A stretch of DNA of 64,000 nucleotides from an uncultured Haloferula sp. (GCA_965652295.1 CBFGTS010000010.1:97907-161906), one strand, 5' to 3'; numbered from the stretch's first letter, positions 52,372 to 62,916 are shown. The notes: a model not told the origin generated them from the letters alone. Made by a program: numbers and translations.

Positions 52372-54405
52372 TCAGCGGGTGCCGTAGATTTCCACGTCCG
52401 CGATCCCGACGGCCTTGCCGCTGGCGGCGGCTTGCAAGCGGATGCGGGCGAAGCGAGCCCGGACGGGGGAAACCGCGATGTCGTCGGTGTCGCCGCCGAC
52501 CTCCATCCGGGTGTCCACATTGCGCCAGCGCTTGCCGTCCTCGCTGACCTGCAGTGCGAAGCCGGCGGCGCGGGGCTCGCCGGGCAGGTGGCGCACGAGA
52601 TAGCGGCGAATCGACTTCGGCGTGCCGAAATCAAAGCCCAGCCACGGCTCGCGCACGGTGCTGGTCCAAGGGGTGGCCGGAGAGCCGTCGGCAGCGGCCG
52701 TGGCATCGCCATTGCTCGATCTCAGGACGGTCGCGGGGTCGAGGCAGAGGTTGTAGGCCAAGTCCTCGGCTTGGTTGCGGAGGTTGAAAAAGTGATCCGC
52801 CCGCACGAATTCCACCTTGTCAGGGAACTCCTTCTTCAGGTTGTCGTGCAACTCGACGATCCGCGGCGGTTTCATTTCGTGCCACACGTCCATCTGGTAG
52901 GCGAGGAACAGGGGTTCCTTTCCGTCCCACCGCTCGATCGCACGGCTGAGGTCGCCGTGGATGTGCTCGTAGGAGCCGGCGTAGGGGATGCGGAGCTTCT
53001 CGAAACGCAGACGGTTGTTTTCGAGACTTTCGGCGACCGAGGGGACATCCTTGAAGTTCTGGACGGTGAGCCCGTAGAGCTGCGGGCCATGGCGCTCATA
53101 GGACGCGCGTTGCGGGGAGGTGGCGTTGTCCCAGATGGTGATCACCCGCATGCCCGCCCGCTCCATGTAGCGTCCGGTCAGCCGGGCGTAGCCATCCATG
53201 CGTTGGATGTCGGTGGTGAAAGGTCCGACGGGTGCCCCTTCCTCCTCAAGCGTGTTGTAGGGGATCAGGTAGCCCATCCCGGACGGACCGGAAACGAAGC
53301 AGTCGTTTGAAGTCGCAGATCCATAGTAGTAGTTCAACAGCCCCGGTCCGATGTCCACGAGGCCGGGCGCGATGGTCCAATTGAGCGGGACCTTTCCCCG
53401 GACGTCCTCGCTGCGGTCCCAGATCATGCGCATCGCGTGCTGGACGTATTGGATGTTGTCGCCGTCGCTGATGAACATCGCCACGTAGATCTTGTCTTCC
53501 AGTGCCGGCATCCGCGGCACGGGCGGGACCTTGATTTCGCGCGGACCTCCGGAGAAGACGGTCGAGCCGTTGTAGAAGTCCGAGGGGATGGTGCCGATGC
53601 CGAATTCGGACGCGGTGGTGATCCCCGAGCGCTCGGTGGCATACCAGCCGAGCGCCACGGCATCACCCGCAGGCATGTCGCGGAAGAAGGAGCCCAGCAT
53701 CTCGCGTTCCTCCTTCTGCCGCGGATCCAGCCATACGACCGCCCCGCCGCAGGCCGCCGCCATGTCCCGCGTGTGGTGGAGGTCGCCGCCGCGGGTGAAG
53801 GGGCGGGCGCTGACGAGCAGGCGCTTGGTGCAGCGCTGCCAGTAGGTTTCGCGCAGGTGGCCGTAGATCTCGGTGGGCCGGGTGAAGGTCAGTCCGGTGA
53901 GGTCGGCGAGGATCTTGGGGTCCCAGCCGTGGGAAACGATGGAAGCGAGGACTTCGCGCGTGACGGGAAGCGCTTCCTCAAGGCCGGCCACGGTGCCTGC
54001 GAGGTTGCGGTAGTGCTCGCTACGGGAATGATCGTAAAGCACCACGCCGCGGAGTTCGCCCGAGTATTTGGCGATCAGGTCGTAGCGGTCGTCGGCATCG
54101 TGGATCTTGAACTTCTTGACGCCTGTTCCGGGTGTTTCGAGCCAGGTGTCGCGGCCTTCGCCGGCCCGGTCATCGAGCAGGATGAAACGGGGCTGCTTCC
54201 GGTTCACCCGGCCCTGGAGGGCGGAAAAGGTGATCTGTTCGTCGGGCCGCAGGTCCTGGACGATCAAGGCATCGAGCCGGTCGGCGGGGGCCGGGAAGGC
54301 CGGCAGCGGCTGGCCTTCCGGCCAGGAGATTTCGGAGGTTTCCGCGGTGGCGATGACCCACGGCAGAAGCGCCGCAACGAGGAGGAAGGAAAGGCGGGAG
54401 AGCAT
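52372..54405 (-). CDS. GxGYxYP-family putative glycoside hydrolase with C-terminal F5/8 type C (discoidin) domain
   Basis: Signal peptide; ALQGRVNR, SDGDNIQY, GKVPLNWT, SGPSGMGYLIP; C-terminal WLGFDFGTPKSIRRY, LQVSEDGKRW, ARFARI, IADVEIYG. Confidence 0.82.
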   Translation of the reverse strand: MLSRLSFLLVAALLPWVIATAETSEISWPEGQPLPAFPAPADRLDALIVQDLRPDEQITFSALQGRVNRKQPRFILLDDRAGEGRDTWLETPGTGVKKFKIHDADDRYDLIAKYSGELRGVVLYDHSRSEHYRNLAGTVAGLEEALPVTREVLASIVSHGWDPKILADLTGLTFTRPTEIYGHLRETYWQRCTKRLLVSARPFTRGGDLHHTRDMAAACGGAVVWLDPRQKEEREMLGSFFRDMPAGDAVALGWYATERSGITTASEFGIGTIPSDFYNGSTVFSGGPREIKVPPVPRMPALEDKIYVAMFISDGDNIQYVQHAMRMIWDRSEDVRGKVPLNWTIAPGLVDIGPGLLNYYYGSATSNDCFVSGPSGMGYLIPYNTLEEEGAPVGPFTTDIQRMDGYARLTGRYMERAGMRVITIWDNATSPQRASYERHGPQLYGLTVQNFKDVPSVAESLENNRLRFEKLRIPYAGSYEHIHGDLSRAIERWDGKEPLFLAYQMDVWHEMKPPRIVELHDNLKKEFPDKVEFVRADHFFNLRNQAEDLAYNLCLDPATVLRSSNGDATAAADGSPATPWTSTVREPWLGFDFGTPKSIRRYLVRHLPGEPRAAGFALQVSEDGKRWRNVDTRMEVGGDTDDIAVSPVRARFARIRLQAAASGKAVGIADVEIYGTR

Positions 54406-54525
54406 GGCGATGAGCCGCCGGAGAACCGGTCGGGCTCAGCCTACGCCCGCCGCCGTGGGGCGCTTTCACAGGTGCCCATTTTGCGGATAGAATGGCGCGC
54501 CGCGGGCTGACGGCAGCCCCTTCGA

Positions 54526-55836
54526 TCACGCAACGCCGCTGGCGATGCGCGCGAATTTCTCGTCGAGGAAACGGAGAACCATCTCCTCCACTTTCTCGTC
54601 GCCGAGGCGGGCGATGACCTCGACCGAGAAGCCGCGGGCGATGAGCTGGCGGGCGCGGTCCGGGTCGATGCCGCGGGTCTGGAGGTAGAAGATTTCCTCG
54701 TCGCTGATCTGCGCGCTGGTGCTGCCGTGGGAGCACTTGACGTCGTCGGCGTTGATCTCGAGGCCGGGCATGGAATTGGCCTCGGCTTCGTCGCTCATGA
54801 ACAGGTTGCGGCAGGTCTGATAGGCGTCGGTGCGGTGAGCTCCTTCATCGACGAAGATCAGACCGGAGAAAACGGTACGGGACTTGTCGTAGAGCGAGTT
54901 CTTGTAAAGCAGATCGCTGTAGGCGCCGGGTGAGACGTGGTGCTGGAAGGTGCGCTGGTCGTATTCCTGTCCGCGGGCGGGGACGCTGACGCTGAGCATG
55001 TCCGAGTGCGAGCCTTCGCCGGTGAGCCGGCACATGGCTTCGTTGCGGGCCCAGGAGGCACCGGTGTTGAGGACGAAGGCGGTGGCTGCGGCGTCCTTTT
55101 CCACGCCGGTTTCGTTGATCTGAACGACCTTGGTTTTGTCGTTGAAGGCCTGGATGGCGAGGTAGTCGAGCTTCGAGCCCGGGCCGGCACAGAGGTCGTT
55201 GAAGGCGATGCACAGGCCACCGTCGTTATCGCCGGCGGATTGGAAGTAGTCGACGACGCGAACCTTGGAGTTGGCCCCGGTGACGATCAGCGTGTGCGGG
55301 AAGATGGCGGCTTTGTGGCCGGCGATCCAGTGGAACACTTCGATGGTCCCCTCGACCACGACGCCTTCCGGTACGTGCACGAAGATTCCGTTGGAGACAC
55401 GGGCTTCATGCAGGGCGGCCCATTTGGCGGAGCCGAGACGGGTGTCCTCGCGCATGAAGTGTTCCTCGACCAAATCGGAGTGGAGCAGGAGCGCCTCGGC
55501 GAGTGGCAGGCAGATGACGTTTTTCGGCAGCTTGGAATCGATCTCGATCAGCGTTTCGTTGACGAAGATGAATTTGGCGATCGGGGCCTCCACGCCTTGC
55601 GAACCCTCGATGATCGATCCGGTGTCCTCGGGCACCGGGACGTCGGCGCGGTAGCTGGAAAAATCGAGCTGCTTGAGGTTGCCGAAGCGCCAATTCTCGT
55701 CGCGGCGCGTGGGTGCGGGTGTTTCGAGAAAGCGTTGCCAGGCGGCCCGCTGGCGCTCGGCGAACCAAGCGGGCAGGTCCGGCGCGGTTTCCGGCGCGGA
55801 GTCGAGGATGGAGGTGGATTCGAGGGTGGCGGACAT
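54526..55836 (-). CDS. sufD: Fe-S cluster assembly protein SufD
   Basis: PTRRDENWRF, QHHVSP..SDLLYK, FSGLIFV, PGLEINADDVKCSHG, IFYLQTRGI. Confidence 0.93.
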   Translation of the reverse strand: MSATLESTSILDSAPETAPDLPAWFAERQRAAWQRFLETPAPTRRDENWRFGNLKQLDFSSYRADVPVPEDTGSIIEGSQGVEAPIAKFIFVNETLIEIDSKLPKNVICLPLAEALLLHSDLVEEHFMREDTRLGSAKWAALHEARVSNGIFVHVPEGVVVEGTIEVFHWIAGHKAAIFPHTLIVTGANSKVRVVDYFQSAGDNDGGLCIAFNDLCAGPGSKLDYLAIQAFNDKTKVVQINETGVEKDAAATAFVLNTGASWARNEAMCRLTGEGSHSDMLSVSVPARGQEYDQRTFQHHVSPGAYSDLLYKNSLYDKSRTVFSGLIFVDEGAHRTDAYQTCRNLFMSDEAEANSMPGLEINADDVKCSHGSTSAQISDEEIFYLQTRGIDPDRARQLIARGFSVEVIARLGDEKVEEMVLRFLDEKFARIASGVA

Positions 55837-55853
55837 GGAGAAAAGTTTGCTAG

Positions 55854-55959
55854 CTTTCAGTGTTCAGCTTTCAGGAGCTGGATAGGTGTGGTTCAGGGCC
55901 TGATGTCAGTGCCACAGTCTCGGAGTTGCTGAAAACTGAACACTGACGAACTGAAAACT
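55854..55959. repeat. Inverted pair of heptamer tandem repeats (CTTTCAG/TGTTCAG ... CTGAAAA/CTGAACA)
   Basis: Left arm 55854-55874 (3 units) is complementary to right arm 55929-55959 in the sufB-sufD spacer. Confidence 0.8.
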
Positions 55960-55960
55960 C

Positions 55961-57397
55961 TCATCCGACCGAGCCCTCCATTTCGAGGTCGATGAGTCGC
56001 TTGAGTTCGACGGAGTATTCCATGGGGAACTCGCGGACGAGGTCGTTGATGAATCCGTTCACGGCGAGGGACATGGCGTGGCCTTCGTCGATGCCGCGCT
56101 GCTGCATGTAGAAGAGCATTTCCTCGGACACCTGCGAGACGCTGGCCTCGTGCTGGGTGGCGTGCTGGTTGCCCTTCACGGTGATCGCCGGGTAGGTGTC
56201 GGTGCGGCTGTGGGAGTTGATCAACAGCGCGTCGCACTCGGTGTTGTTCTTGCAGCCCTTGAGGTGCTTCGGGATGTGGACCTGGCCGCGGTAGGTCGAG
56301 CGGCCTTCGCCGACGGAGATCGACTTCGAGACGACGTTCGAGGTGGTGTTGTTGGCGGCGTGGATCATCTTCGCACCGGTGTCCTGATGCTGGCCGGAGT
56401 TGGCGAGGGCGATCGAAATCACCTCGCCGCGGGCGCGTTCGCCCTTCATGACGACGCCGGGGTATTTCATCGTCAGGCGGGAGCCGATGTTGCAATCGAT
56501 CCAGCGGACTTCGGCATCCTCCATGGCGAGGCCGCGCTTGGTGACGAGGTTGTAAACGTTGCTGCTCCAGTTCTGGACGGTGACGTACTGGATCTTCGCG
56601 CCCTTGAGGGCGACCAGCTCGACGACCGCCGAGTGGAGGGTGGAGGTTTCGAATTTCGGAGCGGTGCAGCCTTCCATGTACATCACCTCGGCACCTTCGT
56701 CGGCGATGATGAGCGTGCGCTCGAACTGGCCGAAGGACTCCGAGTTGATGCGGAAGTAGGCTTGCAGCGGCTGCTTCAGCTTCACGCCCTTCGGGATGTA
56801 GATGAACGACCCGCCGGAAAAGACGGCGCTGTTGAGCGCGGAGAACTTGTTGTCGCCGGTCGGGATGACTTTTCCAAACCACGGGCGGAAGATGTCCTCG
56901 TATTCCTTCAGTCCTTCGGTCGAGTTCACGAAGATCACGCCCTGCTTGGTCAGCTCCTCCTTCATGTTGGAGTAGGTGGCCTCGGAATCATACTGGGCTT
57001 CGACGCCGGCGAGGAACGCGCGTTCCTGTTCGGGAATGCCGAGGCGCTCGAAGGTTTCGAGCACTTCCGGCGGCACCTCGTCCCACGAGCGCTTCGGCTT
57101 CTCTCCATCGGAGAGGTAGTAGCGGATGGCGTCGAAGTTGATGTTGTTCAGGTCCTCGGTGGCCCAGTTGGTGGGCATCGGCTTTTCGAGGAAGGTTTTG
57201 AGCGCCTTGTGACGGAACTCGCGGACCCAATCGGGGTCCTGCTTGACGTCGGAAATGTAATCGACGGTGCGCTCGGTCAATCCACGGCCGGCATCGTACT
57301 TGTGCTTCTCGGGAAACTTGAAGTCGCCCTTGGAGCGGTCGATGTCGATCGCGGTGCGGGTTTCCTGATCGAGGGTGGTGGAAGAATCGTAGCTCAT
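55961..57397 (-). CDS. sufB: Fe-S cluster assembly protein SufB
   Basis: [68 protein letters not shown]. Confidence 0.96.
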   Translation of the reverse strand: MSYDSSTTLDQETRTAIDIDRSKGDFKFPEKHKYDAGRGLTERTVDYISDVKQDPDWVREFRHKALKTFLEKPMPTNWATEDLNNINFDAIRYYLSDGEKPKRSWDEVPPEVLETFERLGIPEQERAFLAGVEAQYDSEATYSNMKEELTKQGVIFVNSTEGLKEYEDIFRPWFGKVIPTGDNKFSALNSAVFSGGSFIYIPKGVKLKQPLQAYFRINSESFGQFERTLIIADEGAEVMYMEGCTAPKFETSTLHSAVVELVALKGAKIQYVTVQNWSSNVYNLVTKRGLAMEDAEVRWIDCNIGSRLTMKYPGVVMKGERARGEVISIALANSGQHQDTGAKMIHAANNTTSNVVSKSISVGEGRSTYRGQVHIPKHLKGCKNNTECDALLINSHSRTDTYPAITVKGNQHATQHEASVSQVSEEMLFYMQQRGIDEGHAMSLAVNGFINDLVREFPMEYSVELKRLIDLEMEGSVG

Positions 57398-57445
57398 GGC
57401 TTGAGTGGAATGGAGGCGGGGCGGATGCAATCCGCCGCCACGGGT

Positions 57446-58198
<753 letters not shown>

Positions 58199-58206
58199 GG
58201 GAAGAA

Positions 58207-58235
58207 GTTGTCAGTTGAAAGTTTTCAGTGTTCAG
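58207..58235. repeat. Second copy of the heptamer repeat (TTGTCAG, TTTTCAG, TGTTCAG) at the regulator-sufC junction
   Basis: Same unit family as 55854-55959; overlaps the regulator stop codon. Confidence 0.65.
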
Positions 58236-58666
58236 GAAGAAGGGAGTTCGCCGCGGAGGGTGATTTCGATGTCGGTGATGACGGTGCCGGCGGGCAGGTC
58301 GAGCACGTCGGCGAGGTTGACGCCGGGCTTGAAGACCACGTCGTGGATCGAGCCCGATTTCCGGTCGTGGAAATGACCGTGCTCTTCAAGGTTCGGGCAG
58401 AAGCGCGAAGGTTCGCGGTCGAAATTCACCTGGCGGACGACGCCGTGCTCGGTCAGAGCCTCCAGACAGTTGTAAACCGTGGCCAGCGAGATGTTTGGCA
58501 GCCGGTCCTTGATCCGCATGAAAACCTCGTTGGCCGTGGGGTGGTCACGTTGGCCCATCAAGAGCCGGTAAACCTCCCAGCGCTGCTTGGTCATGCGCAG
58601 GCCGGCGATCTCCGACGGCATTTCTCCGTTGGGATCGGGCTTGAAGTTTTGTGCGGGAGCGACCAT
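58232..58666 (-). CDS. Fur-family transcriptional regulator (Irr/PerR-like, no CxxC)
   Basis: LRMTKQR, DHPTANEV, ISLATVYNCL, HGHFH; no C-terminal CxxC pairs. Confidence 0.9.
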   Translation of the reverse strand: MVAPAQNFKPDPNGEMPSEIAGLRMTKQRWEVYRLLMGQRDHPTANEVFMRIKDRLPNISLATVYNCLEALTEHGVVRQVNFDREPSRFCPNLEEHGHFHDRKSGSIHDVVFKPGVNLADVLDLPAGTVITDIEITLRGELPSS

Positions 58667-58703
58667 GGGCGTGGGCGGAAATTAGGACGGCTTCGAACAA
58701 GAG

Positions 58704-58718
58704 CAAGAATTATTCTAA
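58704..58718. promoter_or_regulatory. AT-rich palindrome, candidate operator for the Fur-family regulator
   Basis: CAAGAATTATTCTAA (core AGAAT-n-ATTCT; 13/15 to TTAGAATnATTCTAA), 38 nt upstream of the ATG, overlapping -10-like TAAAAT/TAGAAT on the minus strand. Confidence 0.6.
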
Positions 58719-58737
58719 TTTTAAGCCCTGCTTTCCT

Positions 58738-60159
58738 TCACCGTCGCCGCTCGACGACGTAGTCGGCGAGGATCTTGATCTGAGCGGGACTGAGAAAGGC
58801 GGAGGAGGGCGGCATGCCCAGCATGGGAAGGCCTTCGGAAATCACCCGCTGGAGATCATCGTCGGATCTGGCGTGCTGCCATTCGCCCTCCAGGAGATTG
58901 CGCTGCAGGCCGCCTTTGAGCTCAGGGCCGTGACAAGATGCACAGGCGACGGTGATCAGGGTGGAGGGGTCCGTGGTGGAGGGAGTGAGTCTTGCCGCCG
59001 GTGTACTCGTCTGCTCGGAAGGAGTTTCCACCGTGCCGTCAGGATCGGCTACGATGCGGATGATGCGGTCGTTCGGTTCGGAGCCATGGGCCTCCGGCGG
59101 GTCGAACATCGAGGTGGAGAGCCACAGCGAGCCGTCGGGTGCCTCGGCGACGAAACGAATCCGCCCCCATTTTTCATGCCAGAGCCGATCGAGCCCGGTA
59201 GGGTGGCCCTCGCCGTCCAGGACGATCCGGTAGACCGCCGAGCCGCGCAGGCAGGCGAGGAGGAGGGTGCCGCGGAGTTCTGGAAAAGCAGTGCCTTGAT
59301 AGAAGAGCAGCCTGCCTGGGCCGACGGCGGGGCTCATTTCGATCAGCGGCGCGCGCATGCCTCCGGCTTTGCGGGAGTGGGAGATGACGGGCCAGCCGTA
59401 GTTCGCCCCTTTCTCGATCAGGTTGAGCTCGTCGCCGTGATTCGGTCCGTGCTCGGACTCATAGAGGCGACCTGTTCCGGGCTGGAACGCGATGCCTTGG
59501 GGATTGCGGTGACCGTAGGACCAGATCTCCGCGCGTCGCTCGGTCCGGCCGACGAAAGGATTGTCTTCTGGGATGGTGCCGTCCGGATTGAGGCGGAGGA
59601 CCTTTCCATGAAGTCGATTGAGGTCCTGGCTGCGAGGCGGATCGTTCGCGTCGCCCGTCGTGATCCAGAGCTTCCCATCCGGTCCGAATTCCAGCCGGCA
59701 TCCGGTATGGTTCTCCCACGCGGGGATGCCTTCGATGATGGTCTTCGGTGCGATGAGTCGATTCCCGGCGAGGCGATACCTTTCGACCCGAAGCTCATAG
59801 CGGTCGGAGCCGACCTCGCGGTTCCAGGCGATGAACACCTGGTCGTCGCTTTCGAAGTGCGGGGAGACCGCGAGTCCCAGCAGACCCATCTTGATCCGGG
59901 CCGCCACATTGAGGGTCAGGGCCGGCTCTTCGAGCAGATCTCCGTTTTCAATGATCCGCACCCGGCCGGCCCGCTCGGTGAAAATCTGGCGGCCATCCGG
60001 AAGAAAGCGGATTTCCCAGGGAACCCGCAGGTCGGTCGCGATCGTTTCGATGCGATGGGGTGTGACCAGAGCGGCATCGGTCGGATCGGCGACCAGCATC
60101 GCGGCGCCCCAGCCTGGGAGCGGAACAAGCAACAGGGTGAGCCGGAGCCACTGAGACAT
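58738..60159 (-). CDS. Glucose/sorbosone dehydrogenase (GSDH, PQQ-dependent type) fused to C-terminal cytochrome c
   Basis: LRVPWEIRFLPDG, HTGCRLEFGPDGKLWITTGD, GKVLRLNPDG.IPEDNPF, SYGHRNPQG, DELN..GANYGWP, GRIR; CASCH heme motif. Confidence 0.9.
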   Translation of the reverse strand: MSQWLRLTLLLVPLPGWGAAMLVADPTDAALVTPHRIETIATDLRVPWEIRFLPDGRQIFTERAGRVRIIENGDLLEEPALTLNVAARIKMGLLGLAVSPHFESDDQVFIAWNREVGSDRYELRVERYRLAGNRLIAPKTIIEGIPAWENHTGCRLEFGPDGKLWITTGDANDPPRSQDLNRLHGKVLRLNPDGTIPEDNPFVGRTERRAEIWSYGHRNPQGIAFQPGTGRLYESEHGPNHGDELNLIEKGANYGWPVISHSRKAGGMRAPLIEMSPAVGPGRLLFYQGTAFPELRGTLLLACLRGSAVYRIVLDGEGHPTGLDRLWHEKWGRIRFVAEAPDGSLWLSTSMFDPPEAHGSEPNDRIIRIVADPDGTVETPSEQTSTPAARLTPSTTDPSTLITVACASCHGPELKGGLQRNLLEGEWQHARSDDDLQRVISEGLPMLGMPPSSAFLSPAQIKILADYVVERRR

Positions 60160-60275
60160 GCTCAAGCTTCCCAGTTCTTCGGCGATAGATCGATAGGAAA
60201 GCTGCCACCGTGGAACTTTCGGAAAAGAATGGAACGGACAGACGCGGTCGAGTCTGTTGTCATGGACGTGATTTC

Positions 60276-61550
60276 ATGAAAGCCCTGCACCTCATTCCCC
60301 CCGTTCTTGCGCTTGTTGGCGTGGGATTCTGGCTTGGATCCACTCAAGTGAAGATCAGGCAGGTGGAGGATAAGACACTGCTCCTGCGGAAGCGCATCGC
60401 GGAGCCTCGGGAAACAGGGGCCTCTCACGACACGGGGCAGCTCCAGGCAGGAAGCGATGGCGGGTCCTCGGCAACGAAGTCATTGGATTGGGCGGAAATC
60501 GGCGAGGCTCTGACGACCAGCCAGCGAGGCGGCGTGCCGGACCTCCGCTCGCTCATGAAGATGCAGGCGAAGTTGATGGAAATGGACCGGGATGAATTCA
60601 TCACCGCCCTTGAGGAAATCGCGGCGCTCGATTTACCCGCGGAGACTCGCCAGGGTCTGGAACAGATGTTGGTTGCCCACCTGGTGGAGAAGGAGCCGCA
60701 GCTGGTGCTCGATCGCTTCCTCGACCGCATCCATGACTCGCGGGGCATCGCGATCACGTGGAGCCTTGCCCAGGCATTCGGAAATTGGATCGGGAAAGAT
60801 CCGGCCGCAGCAAAAGCGTGGTTCGACGAGCGCATCGAGGCTGGCGATTTCGACAGCAGGTCGCTCGACGGTCGGAACGACGCCCGCCTGCGCTTCGAGA
60901 GCACCTTCATCGGGAAGCTGCTGGAATCCGATCCAGCTGCGGCCGCCGCGCGCTTGAACGAACTCCCGGAAGAACAGCGCGCCGATGTTTTCCGCCAAGG
61001 TGGCTTTTCCATGCTGAAGGAGGGAAGCGAGATGGATTTCGCGGCGCTGGTGAGGGAACACATCCCGGAAGACGAGCGCGGTGTGGTGCTGTCGCAGGGC
61101 ATGGCCTTGAAGCTGCATCAGGGCGGCTATGAGGCGGTCAGCGCGTTTCTCGACAAGATCGATGCGACCGACGGTGAGCGACAGGAGGTAGCCAAGCATT
61201 CCGCCATTCAAAAGCTCCGGAGCCTAACCGGTCCGGGGACCGAGGTGAAGCGGAGGGACGTCGATGAAATGCGGGCGTGGTTGGCGAAAGAATCTCCCGA
61301 GCAGGCCAGCCGGGTCACCGGCGAGGCGCTCGGCAGCCTCTGGACGGGTGACTTCGAGCAGCGCGCCCAAGTGGTTGAGGAGTTGAGCGCGGAGGGCGGC
61401 GGAGACGAGGTGCTCGTGGGCTTCATCGAGTCCGGGCTGATCCATCGGCAGCGGGAACTCGCCCGGCGACTGGCAGAAAAGATCGAGGAGCCCGGAGAGC
61501 GCGAGCGCCTGCTGGAACGCATCGGGACTGCTGAAAGCGAAGAACACTGA
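60276..61550 (+). CDS. Uncharacterised membrane-anchored alpha-helical repeat protein (array copy 1)
   Basis: N-terminal hydrophobic helix; recurring DPAAAxxW-type helices. Confidence 0.82.
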   Translation: MKALHLIPPVLALVGVGFWLGSTQVKIRQVEDKTLLLRKRIAEPRETGASHDTGQLQAGSDGGSSATKSLDWAEIGEALTTSQRGGVPDLRSLMKMQAKLMEMDRDEFITALEEIAALDLPAETRQGLEQMLVAHLVEKEPQLVLDRFLDRIHDSRGIAITWSLAQAFGNWIGKDPAAAKAWFDERIEAGDFDSRSLDGRNDARLRFESTFIGKLLESDPAAAAARLNELPEEQRADVFRQGGFSMLKEGSEMDFAALVREHIPEDERGVVLSQGMALKLHQGGYEAVSAFLDKIDATDGERQEVAKHSAIQKLRSLTGPGTEVKRRDVDEMRAWLAKESPEQASRVTGEALGSLWTGDFEQRAQVVEELSAEGGGDEVLVGFIESGLIHRQRELARRLAEKIEEPGERERLLERIGTAESEEH

Positions 61551-61556
61551 AGCGAT

Positions 61557-62834
61557 ATGAAAAGGTCACTCATCATCACGGCGATCATTCTCGTGGCCGG
61601 CATCACGGCTGGCTGGCGGAAGCAGGAGGAGTATCGGAAAGCGCGTGAAGTTCTGACGCAGATCGAGGTCGAGGCCGCCGCCGGGATCTCGATCGACGGC
61701 GATGCCGAGGCCCTGGAGCGTGCCGCCAAGATCGCCGAGCGCGATGACTCTGACGAAGAGGTACGGCAGTTCAGTCGGGAGTTGATCGCCTTCGCCCAGG
61801 AAATGGACGAAGCGGAGAAGGCGGGCGAGGCGGGCGAAGGGATGAAGAAGCGCATGCTCTCGATCTTCCAGCGGTTGCTCGATTTGAAAGGCTCGGATTT
61901 CAAGATCCTGGTCGAGGAAGTACGGAACTCCTCGGAGTTGACGGACGAACAGCGGTCGCAGCTGGTGATGATGTCCACGATGATGCTTGCCCAAAAGCAA
62001 CCCCGAACCGCGCTGGAGCTGCTTACGGAGTCGGGCGACCTTATGGAGCTCGGCCAGATGGAGAAGCACGCTTTGTCGATGGCTTTGGCTTCCTGGGCGG
62101 CGGAGGAGCCGCTGGCGGCGTTGAAGTGGATCGAGGACAATTCCGAGAAACATGCCGACCTGATCCGCGCCGACGCCCGTCGAGCTGCGGTCGCCGGAGC
62201 TGCCGTTCAAGACCCGAAGCTAGCCATCGAGATCGCGAGAAAGTTGAAGATGGATGAGAACATCAGCTCTTCGTTGGCGGAGACGGCAAAGACTCCGGAG
62301 CAACGGACGCGGCTTTTGGCGGCGTTGCGAGAGGAGGGAGACGAGGATTTGAAAAAGGAAACGCTCGTTTCCCTAGGCGCCAGCCTCTCCAAGGCCGGGT
62401 TCGAGTCGGCCACGGCTTGGATCGAAGATGCGGATCTGAATGAAGAGGAAACGGACCACGTTTCCGACGGCCTCCATTATTGGCAGACTGGAAAGGAGAC
62501 GGGGAGATGGATCGAGTGGCTGGATGCCTCTCAAGGTGCGAACCAATCAGATAAGGTGGAACGGCTGATGAAGGATTGGACCGACAACGACTTCCGTACC
62601 GCCGGCGAGTGGCTGGCTGCTGCCGAAAGTGGGCCGACCAAGCCGGCGGCCGTGGCGGGATACATCGAAGCGGTGGCACCCTATGATCCCGCAGCCGCGG
62701 CCAAATGGGTGGCCACCCTGCCCGCAGGCGATCCCCGCGAGAAGTCCGCGCGGGAGCTTTACCAGCAGTGGAAGGGAAAGGACGCCGAAGCCGCCAGTGC
62801 TTTCGCCGAAAAAGAAGGTATCGGCACGGAGTGA
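61557..62834 (+). CDS. Uncharacterised membrane-anchored alpha-helical repeat protein (array copy 2, more divergent)
   Basis: Same architecture; EEPLAALKW, QDPKLA, YDPAAAAKW, KDAEAASAF. Confidence 0.82.
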   Translation: MKRSLIITAIILVAGITAGWRKQEEYRKAREVLTQIEVEAAAGISIDGDAEALERAAKIAERDDSDEEVRQFSRELIAFAQEMDEAEKAGEAGEGMKKRMLSIFQRLLDLKGSDFKILVEEVRNSSELTDEQRSQLVMMSTMMLAQKQPRTALELLTESGDLMELGQMEKHALSMALASWAAEEPLAALKWIEDNSEKHADLIRADARRAAVAGAAVQDPKLAIEIARKLKMDENISSSLAETAKTPEQRTRLLAALREEGDEDLKKETLVSLGASLSKAGFESATAWIEDADLNEEETDHVSDGLHYWQTGKETGRWIEWLDASQGANQSDKVERLMKDWTDNDFRTAGEWLAAAESGPTKPAAVAGYIEAVAPYDPAAAAKWVATLPAGDPREKSARELYQQWKGKDAEAASAFAEKEGIGTE

Positions 62835-62916
62835 ATTCTCCCGGCCGGAGTGCTTCGTGACTTTTCAAAATATGAAGGAGACGAAGGCGGCTTGCCGCGA
62901 TAGACCCGTGCTCGGC

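Noticed and set aside
55854-55959. CRISPR array or IS terminal repeats
   Set aside because: Units are 7 nt with no unique spacers, and there is no cas or transposase gene nearby.
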